Source: Rhizaria sp. SCN 62-66
Lineage: Eukaryota
Assembly (NCBI GenBank): GCA_001724265.1
Contig: MEDY01000237.1
Span: forward strand, 62,001-89,270
Length of the DNA stretch: 27,270 bases
Direction: 5' to 3'
The notes beneath the pieces are model-generated. The model was not told where the DNA came from, did not search any database, and saw nothing but the letters and a program-made list of their open reading frames with translations. Of the stretch, positions 21,701 through 27,270 are shown one piece after another. Within the stretch, counting starts at the first letter, position 1. Each line of letters opens with the position of its first letter. Both the position numbers and the translations under genes were made by a program.

Positions 21701-24700
21701 AAGCGCCGGCAGGGCGAGCGCGCGCAGCGAGTGCGGCCCGTTCGGATCAGCCTTCACGTCGTCAGCAGCGCTGCCGCCCTGTGAGGGCTTAACGTCCGTC
21801 AGCGCGTTAGCGCTGTTGGTGTCCTCGTCGTCGTCCGTCTCTTCTGGCGGCGCGTCCCCGCCCAGCGCCGCCGCGGCCGCGAGCGCTGCGGCGGCGGCGA
21901 CGACAATGACGCCGGACTCGCGCCGCAGCTTCTCCTCGCGCTGCCGCGCGCGACGGGCCACGCGGCTCGCCTCGACCTGCTGGCGGCGGCGGCGCACGAT
22001 CCAGGCCGCGTCCAGCGGGTGCGGGCGCGCGTAGCTATAACCGCCAAAGGGAAACTTGGCGGCAAGCGCAGCAGAAGCGGCGGGATCGGCAGCGACAGCA
22101 GATGTCGACGCTGTGAGCGCGTCGTTTGCAGCATTGATGGCACTCGAGCTTGCGAACGCACTGCTACTCGAGTCGCTGCTGCTGCTCTCACTACTGAGAG
22201 CAAGCGCGTGCGCGGACTGCGCGAGTGCGGCTACGGCGGCGCGGCGCGCGGTGCGGTGGCAGTGCAACGCGGCGCTGCTGGCCACGCGCACGCCGGACGT
22301 CTTGCCCTGTGAGCACGCCTCGTGCAGCGCGAACGGCGGCGGGAACGCCGTGATGAGCGAGCACAGTGTGAACCGCAACACCGAGTCCAGCGCGCCCGCG
22401 CTCGCGCCAACGCCAATGTAGCGCGTGTGCGCGTACGCGTCGGCCGTGGCGGCAACGGCAGCCGCGGAGGCGCCTCCGGCCGCGGCGTCAGCGGCAGCAG
22501 CAGCGGCACTTGCGGCGCCGGGGGCGAAGAGCGACACGGGCACGGTTTGCGTGAGTAACAAGGCGGGGCGCGGGGGCATCAGCGAGCTGACGATGCGCTC
22601 GCACTCGGCAGCGGCGGCCACGGTCAACGCGTGATTAGCGGCGCTCGCAGCCGTTGTGTTGGCGCTAGGAGTAGCGGGCAGCGCAAACGCAGGTGTGGGC
22701 GCGGGCGGCACTGAGGCAGCGGAGGCAAGCGTGCTCTTGACGGCGTCCGCGGCTGAGTGCTTCGCGGAGATGTCGATGCCGGCGACGACGACGGCAACGG
22801 GCAAGGGACGGGTGGGGCGGGCGAGCGCGGCGGCCTTGATCTCAGCAGAGATCGTGTCGCCCTCGGGAGTATTTGGGCTGTCGAATAAAGACTCATCACT
22901 ATTGCCAGAGCTAAAGCTAGACTTCAGTGCGATACTCTTCATCTTACTCTTCGACGCAGCAAGGGTTTCAGCCGCAGCTGTAACCTTCTCGAGCGCCGTG
23001 TGCGCGCGAGCTGCAGCCACAAACGACAGAATACTGCTCGAACCGTCCCCATTACTGTTAATGCTCGCATTCACGTTTGCATTCTGCTCAGTCGTCGCAC
23101 TTGCAGACGCGGTCGCAGGCGCCAGTGCGTCACCGGCGTTAGTAACAGCAGCGTTCGTAATCGCGCCAGCGCTACTGTAGGTATAGTTCCCGTTGCCAGA
23201 CGCCTGGTCGTGAGTCACCGTGAGCACCGGCACAGACCCAGCGCCAGCGCCGGAGCCGGAGCCGGTGACGGCGCCAGCGACGGAGACGGAGGCCGGGATC
23301 GAGCCCGGGCGCACGGTGTCGGGGAAGAACCTCTGCGCGGCCGCGAGCGCGGCGGTCATCGCGGCGGCGCGGCGATGCATCGCGGTCGAGTCCTCGCCGG
23401 AGTAAGCCGTGATGAGGCCGGAAGAGGGCTCGTAGCAGTCGCCGCCGGCGCTGAGCGCAAGCGCGGCGAGCAGGGCCTGCCAGTCGCGTGATTGCGAGTC
23501 GCGGAGTCCGGACTCATCAGCAGCAGCGGCCGCAGATGACGACGATGATTTGACAGTGCTTGCGTCGATCTCAACCTTCACACCGCTGTTGTTGTTGCTG
23601 TTATCGTATGGCAGCATGAGTGCAGTGAGAGGAATGACAACTTCGTCCCCTGTAGCAGCCGCGCTCGTAGCCAGCGCGCTGACATCAACACCCAGCTCGT
23701 CGCACTCATCAGCATTACTCGCACTCGCAAAATTGTTGTTAGAGCCAGCGCTAGCGTCCTTGCTCAGCGCGTACGTGCGCGGCTGCTGCGCGTGCGGCGG
23801 CTTGGCGAGGCGCATGCCGGGCGGCGCGGCCGGCACGGGCAGGCTCACGGTCACCGGCACCGACAGCACGGCCGCGTGCACGCCGGCGTGCGCCACCGCG
23901 CCCAGCGCCGACTGCACGGGCAGCGCGTCGCCCACCACGCCCGTCAGGCGGGACACAGCGCTCGCGGCCGCGGCGGCTGCGGCGGCGGACGCGCCGGGCG
24001 CGGCCACGGGCGCGGGGGCCGGGATAATTGCGCCCAGCTGCGCCTTAGCGGCGTCGCGCAGTGGGGCTGACAGCGCCAGCGCGCGCGGGTCCGTGAGCGG
24101 GGTCGTCAGCAGCACCGACGCCGCTGTCGCGGCCAGATCCGCGGCGCCCGTGGCCGTCGTCGTGGGCGCCAGCGGACCCGTGGCGGCCGCGAGCGTCGCC
24201 GCCGCCGCGGTCAGCCCGCGCGCGCGGCGCCGCAGCGTGCCGGGCAGCGTGTTGCCCTGCGTGCGCACGATGTTGTCCGCGTGCAGGACGTCGCCCAGCG
24301 TCAGCGCGCGCTGCGTCTGCACGCCGCTGCCATCGCCGTCGACCACGCCGCTCAGCGCGCTCACTGAGCTGCTGACATTGCCGCTGGCGATGTTGTTCGC
24401 GTCCGCGACGGCGTCGGCGACCGAGAACACGCCGCCGCCGCCGACGCTGGCGTTGCTGGTCGCGTCGGCCGCGTGCGGCTCGAGCGTTGTGAGCGCCTGC
24501 GCGATGTCCGCAGGTGTCAGCGTGCGCGCCGCGTCGCCCATCGCGATGCGCGCGGCCGACAGCTTGTGGTAGCTGCTGTCGCCGGCGGTCACCGCGGCCG
24601 TCTGGATCAGCGCTGCGGTCGACTTGCGCGGGCGGCCGCGGGCGGGCATCGCGGGGGCGCTCTTGCCGCCGCCGCTGCCGCTGCCGCTGCTGTTGCCTGC

Positions 24701-27268
24701 GCCGTCGTTGAGGGCAAACTGCGGATCGTTGGCCGCGAGCGCGATCGCCTGCCTCGACGCGGCGCCGCGCTGCGAGGAAGCGAATGCGAGGCGCGGCTGC
24801 AAGTAGTACGACAGGAACAGCGCGCCGAGCTCCGAGCTGGCCGTGGCGCGCACGGGCCGCGGCCGCGGGACCGGGGCGAAGGACACCGTTTCTGTCGCAG
24901 TCTCGGTCTTCACAGCAGAGTCGTCACTCATCACGGTCACGGTACTGTTAGCATTCGTGTTGTTCGTATTGGGCGTGGCGGGCTGAGTCTTTGAGCGGCC
25001 GCGGCCCCTGCTGGGGGAGACAGGAGCTGCAGCGGCAGAATCAGTTGCATTTGCACCGGTCGCATTCGTCTGCGGAACGCCAGTCGGGAGAATCGTAATC
25101 GCAGTACCGATAGCGCTATTATTGATATTCACAGCGGCCGTACGCGTGCGTGTGCGTGTGCAGAGGATGAGTCGCGCCAGCAGCGCCGTCGCGAAGGCCA
25201 GCTCGCCGGCCGCGGAGGGCGCGTCGGTGTAGCGCATCTGCCGGTCGACGCTGTGCAAGGCTTCGCTGTAGGCGTCAGCGGCGGCGGCGTCGGACGCGGT
25301 GGCCAGTGACGCGGCCGTCACACCGTTCGAAGTCACCTCGGTCGAAGCCTCATTGGGATCAACCGCGGATGCAGACGCTGAGTTAAAGCTAGAGTTAGAA
25401 CTAAAACTCAAGCCCGAGCTCGAGACTTGTTGACTCTTCACTGTGCACACTGTGCTTGCGTTGTCGCTCGCGGCGTTACTGCTGCTCTGAGAGAGATAGG
25501 CGTCGTCGATGACAACGGGCCGCACGGGCAGCGCGGACCGGAGCCCGCCGCGGAAGGGCACGGCGTGGCCCTGCGCCAGCGGCAGCAGGTCCCACTCGGC
25601 CGCCTCCACCAGCGCGCGCAGCGCAGCACGGGGCACGGCCAAACCGGCGCGCGCCGAGACCAACTGTGGTGCAGCACCCGCATCCGCACTGGTGCTGGCG
25701 CTAGAACTCGAGCTAGCGCTAGAGCGACTGGGACCGGCGGTGTTCTTAAGCGCGGCATTGGGGGGACGAGGGAGCGCGCGGGAGAGCATCGCGTGCAGCG
25801 CGCGCGCCGCCACGGTCAGCGCCCACTGACGCGGCACCGCGCGCGCGCCGTCAGCCGCGGCGGGGACCGAGACCGCGAGTCCTGCGTGATTGCCAGCACG
25901 AGCTCCACTGCTGCTACTATTACCAATACAACTGCTGGGCAAAGTGTTCGATATGCCGGCGCGCGCGAGGACGGCGGCGGCAGTGCGGGCAATGGCGGCG
26001 GCGGCGGCAGCAACGACGGACCCATGCCCGGCCGCGAGGGCCCAGGCCAGCGCGCCGGGGGCGGTCGCTACAGTCGGCGCCAGGCCCAGCAGCGCGACAC
26101 TGGCACTGTTGTTACTGTTATAGTTCATGCTGCTGTCAGCGATGGCGTTAATCGTGGCGATGTGGCCCACTGCAGTGGCGCGCGCGTGCGCAGCGGCCGC
26201 GGCGCCCAGCGAGGGCGGAAAGCGCAGCGGCGCAGCAACCGTGAGCGGCACCGGCGCGGCGGGCGCGGCGGGCGCGGTCTGGGGGAGCACGATGTCGTTC
26301 TGTGGCGCCAGCGGCGGGAAAGGTAGCGGGACGTAGGCGCCCGCGAAGGCCGCGCGGGGCAGCGCCAGCACTGCGACGGGGCCCGCGGGCGCCGAGGGGG
26401 CCACAGCCGCGGTCGCGCTCACTGACGCACTTGCACTCGCACGCGCAGTCGCTGCGTCGGTGTCATTTGCGCACTGCGAGAAAGCGAACGGAAGCGACGA
26501 GGTGATAACATCGGCGGTATTCTCACTTGTGTTAACAGCGGGGATGCCAAGCGTCATGCGTTGCAGCGGCAGCGCCGAAGGCTGCCTCTCCATGCGCGTG
26601 GCCGCCATCGCGGTCGCCGCCGCCGCCGCGGCCGCCGCGGCCGCCGCGGTGGCCGTGGTGGCGGGCAGCAGCTCGGCGACCAGGTCTGCCACTGCGTCGC
26701 GGTAACGCCGCGCGCCGGCGCCGCCCGCACTTCCGCCGTCGTCACCGTCGCCGTCGCTGCTGTTGCTGCGGCTGCTTTTGTCGTCATCGTCGTCGTCGTC
26801 GTCGTCGTCATCGTCGTTGAGAGGGCGAGTGCGGGGGCGGCCCCGGCCGCGACCGCTGCCGCCGCGACCGCCACGGCTGCCGCGGCCGCGGCCGGGGGTG
26901 CTTGAGCTAGCGCCACGGCCACGGCCACGGCCGCGACCACGCCCGCCGCGAGCACCGCTGCGGCCGCTGCTGTTGTTGTCGGTATCACTATCATCCTCCT
27001 CGTCCTCGTCCTCGTCCTCGTCGTCGCCGTCGCCTTGAGTGAGTTTGGCGTCGTGTCTGCGCGAGATGAGCGAGAGCGCGTCCCCGTCGTCGTCGTGGCC
27101 GTCAAACGCCTCGCCGGACGCAGTCGGCAGCAGCATCGCAGCGGCCTTGTCCTTCTTGCCCTTCTTGCCCTTGCGCTCGCCGTCGCTGCCCTCGTCATCG
27201 TCGTCGTCGCTGTCGCCATCAGCCCTGGCGCGGCTGTTGCTGCGGCTACCCCCGCGCCCGCCGCGCCC
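15755..27268 (-). CDS. ORC3: Giant origin recognition complex subunit 3-like protein (>=3837 aa, 5'-truncated) with low-complexity insertions and AT-hooks
   Basis: The frame is open past the track's ATG (27136) to the window edge. Motifs collinear with ORC3 as recalled: PLPVAVVVAGIDIS (~22770-22808), QLALVVADAEAAAGPVFGGFL...IVGMSAGAVHVVLPPDVVSLC (~20100-20280), LFPSGLTLDPRI...VVRAAYMLHH (~19365-19606), LSRADVSALLALPSV (~18735-18780), and a C-terminal winged helix DITLAAGLL...VKAGEWFLAF...IQARFERAAQSLLALGFLK...TDTL (15755-16310). Stop is TAA. Confidence 0.78.
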   Translation of the reverse strand, partial: GRGGRGGSRSNSRARADGDSDDDDDEGSDGERKGKKGKKDKAAAMLLPTASGEAFDGHDDDGDALSLISRRHDAKLTQGDGDDEDEDEDEEDDSDTDNNSSGRSGARGGRGRGRGRGRGASSSTPGRGRGSRGGRGGSGRGRGRPRTRPLNDDDDDDDDDDDDKSSRSNSSDGDGDDGGSAGGAGARRYRDAVADLVAELLPATTATAAAAAAAAAAATAMAATRMERQPSALPLQRMTLGIPAVNTSENTADVITSSLPFAFSQCANDTDAATARASASASVSATAAVAPSAPAGPVAVLALPRAAFAGAYVPLPFPPLAPQNDIVLPQTAPAAPAAPVPLTVAAPLRFPPSLGAAAAAHARATAVGHIATINAIADSSMNYNSNNSASVALLGLAPTVATAPGALAWALAAGHGSVVAAAAAAIARTAAAVLARAGISNTLPSSCIGNSSSSGARAGNHAGLAVSVPAAADGARAVPRQWALTVAARALHAMLSRALPRPPNAALKNTAGPSRSSASSSSSASTSADAGAAPQLVSARAGLAVPRAALRALVEAAEWDLLPLAQGHAVPFRGGLRSALPVRPVVIDDAYLSQSSSNAASDNASTVCTVKSQQVSSSGLSFSSNSSFNSASASAVDPNEASTEVTSNGVTAASLATASDAAAADAYSEALHSVDRQMRYTDAPSAAGELAFATALLARLILCTRTRTRTAAVNINNSAIGTAITILPTGVPQTNATGANATDSAAAAPVSPSRGRGRSKTQPATPNTNNTNANSTVTVMSDDSAVKTETATETVSFAPVPRPRPVRATASSELGALFLSYYLQPRLAFASSQRGAASRQAIALAANDPQFALNDGAGNSSGSGSGGGKSAPAMPARGRPRKSTAALIQTAAVTAGDSSYHKLSAARIAMGDAARTLTPADIAQALTTLEPHAADATSNASVGGGGVFSVADAVADANNIASGNVSSSVSALSGVVDGDGSGVQTQRALTLGDVLHADNIVRTQGNTLPGTLRRRARGLTAAAATLAAATGPLAPTTTATGAADLAATAASVLLTTPLTDPRALALSAPLRDAAKAQLGAIIPAPAPVAAPGASAAAAAAAASAVSRLTGVVGDALPVQSALGAVAHAGVHAAVLSVPVTVSLPVPAAPPGMRLAKPPHAQQPRTYALSKDASAGSNNNFASASNADECDELGVDVSALATSAAATGDEVVIPLTALMLPYDNSNNNSGVKVEIDASTVKSSSSSAAAAADESGLRDSQSRDWQALLAALALSAGGDCYEPSSGLITAYSGEDSTAMHRRAAAMTAALAAAQRFFPDTVRPGSIPASVSVAGAVTGSGSGAGAGSVPVLTVTHDQASGNGNYTYSSAGAITNAAVTNAGDALAPATASASATTEQNANVNASINSNGDGSSSILSFVAAARAHTALEKVTAAAETLAASKSKMKSIALKSSFSSGNSDESLFDSPNTPEGDTISAEIKAAALARPTRPLPVAVVVAGIDISAKHSAADAVKSTLASAASVPPAPTPAFALPATPSANTTAASAANHALTVAAAAECERIVSSLMPPRPALLLTQTVPVSLFAPGAASAAAAAADAAAGGASAAAVAATADAYAHTRYIGVGASAGALDSVLRFTLCSLITAFPPPFALHEACSQGKTSGVRVASSAALHCHRTARRAAVAALAQSAHALALSSESSSSDSSSSAFASSSAINAANDALTASTSAVAADPAASAALAAKFPFGGYSYARPHPLDAAWIVRRRRQQVEASRVARRARQREEKLRRESGVIVVAAAAALAAAAALGGDAPPEETDDDEDTNSANALTDVKPSQGGSAADDVKADPNGPHSLRALALPALPRASRPSLPPAVTDQTTAADATDILRRVSSRALTVAADSFREALAAARRDSDLCAALHAAATRAVLLEVAAFRLTPKLKRAIATLRHKLQRRALGRPHLDLFSEYARMRRIALEDELFLAGHTPGNVNTNANAASANASVSASTTASRIEEWEGEVFTAVFGDSDGGLSAARALLSALQDAVRGLVADGKADGSNARTAAALALNLGGAGNTAGRGIAALLANASSGTDGAHGDGLSYIGDDDDDVDDAADDDGGNARNKNIKSESGKKRVDNDDDDDDDDDDDDDESSRTPTKRRANARGGARSPAVMADSDDDEDASASPNADSATARGGVKCEDSGTDTDSDEIDEATRKSTIAITTARPVTALPRALPDTALLLALQPQNHAAAAIARVCVALCGRGTAADLELGFFRYFTEHWVYAQRWHRARARLLLSLARHCVNAHARALVRGAALRPLYPLLPAPAPVPLAAATMPQLALVVADAEAAAGPVFGGFLRYWASGTVVSRVPTVAAAIVGMSAGAVHVVLPPDVVSLCSFTQVTPASQQQPQQQQQLQQQQPQLTLTHSSSSIATGTIASKNIAITDSEFKSASDADTTSSASASAAVVMIASNPIENNSESSTAAAITAAASASASALLSVAHFGANSAGPNSATGSASGSETGANAFLCRSLHMLPPAAPTVWHSDSTAPGIASLALHAALFPSGLTLDPRIAQLALEAMASGAHAAPNSVGNGSAGGAAGSAAGSGANASVGGGLAAAAAAGGDALAWRVVRAAYMLHHVRARGPTWVLATALPAPAIVKRRGPIACVDPVGRDAENAVVAAKMTMSGLGYALSSFANSSNRMSSNVQLNSSMNDDIIVKAEPGTETAANNNRIVNADASPRAAAARGRGGARSRGRASATASPATTANVASDVLLPTSSTAPLQSAANSASTTSAAAKTISRPQSQVFLLQLGQTTVPRSAPAPPPQLTALCLSLSRADVSALLALPSVAPALRRWVLTGRLSALACSQSPTVAGAQSEDPAFAPLPWPLPRAALHRLSLLLRDWDLALLARPLLLPVLTAFLSHLAPRFASLPPTVLALLFALPSGATAGTFVRETQQQAAVARQMLTYMPVAGSAEAAARMVAQRQHQPQKSAPGTPSSSNASAYSASNIGASSTSVSVSLNASYESPSRRGGRGAAAAALASAPVSSAEISTSCDAAASASARASADSNCVSTAIAAAEAEAAASLSPALTLGFSHLLTVTSTVSLLSLSSSLDELASALAVAARAALPSPRCGGVVYVGTLGVAAAAVKTASEEVVAYIQGPLAAATAAKVAGAGAGAEAAAAAAAAAEADAEEEAVAQRMIAKAQAAAAAVAGANAGKAMCDDDDDTGDNVGDSNGGADGVEYKTPPVSPSRASHRYSASRSQAQPQRPAAATALRFSNSTNNNSMGDNSANASASADNCDSTDPSSVFIAPDEHTLRQRCLRALCTLLPWAGTPLSSLPLHEAQLAGAAPGDLEAVASAAGLAEPAADARAAVAGAAAGGFYLAAEAAAVTAEQAAAQVRAASNASASSGSAAGVVDAEGSVGAWAGLRAVGLWAAATGATESINGNSNSNSSARGGSDASVVIGDGDSDNDSAHGKRTGTTPKAQQQQKKQQRLKLKQQQQRCDTKPLPHMLLPPSVALIPPQPSHSQAPAHGHSDARSSSAPAVGAPPRLWGLDAASVDALAPPVAAYWAAGADAVPSHMRLNFLRSKGTAALAAVVAATATTLTSSHGGGLQQNSVLLSGAPFRGGPAAAAAAAAAAAGAGASLGRGSDDITLAAGLLEGSDSVVKAGEWFLAFACAAAGVEVEFVDQDDLDDPDSDDADDDDDAESSGKAAKSKRKGGAKRRAMSDTDGNDDNNDSNDDDDDGEEEEEQEEEEGETSSVRKRRGRKPRRSCAGGGKMLRMTPQIRELLNSVPIQARFERAAQSLLALGFLKTLARSAKGTDTLVKTPFAAL

Positions 27269-27270
27269 GC

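Noticed and set aside
3558-26326. Many long antisense or alternate-frame ORFs (e.g. 3558..5030, 10305..11924, 14351..15163, poly-Cys ORF 9196..9405)
   Set aside because: Shadows of GC-rich, trinucleotide-repetitive CDSs on the other strand, with no independent motifs.

Overview
Eukaryotic, protist-like nuclear DNA: GC-rich, almost intron-free coding regions separated by short AT-rich spacers. It holds five genes. (1) The 3' part of a + strand gene for an acidic, low-complexity protein (<3..2618). (2) A ~3037-aa disordered Q/A/N-rich protein on the - strand (12032..2919). (3) A two-exon stefin-like cystatin with a signal peptide (13435..12920). (4) A mitochondrial GrpE/Mge1 (15151..14396). (5) A giant (>3800 aa, 5'-truncated) protein carrying scattered ORC3 motifs plus AT-hooks (>27268..15755). 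The main observation is three in-frame TAG codons (42-44, 147-149 and 9057-9059 on -) inside otherwise continuous protein-like frames of two genes, while the apparent gene ends use TAA (4 genes) or TGA (1 gene) and never TAG. This suggests a nuclear code in which UAG is a sense codon, probably Gln, with Leu not excluded. Family assignments come from motif recognition by eye; no searches were run. The organism cannot be named from this window.
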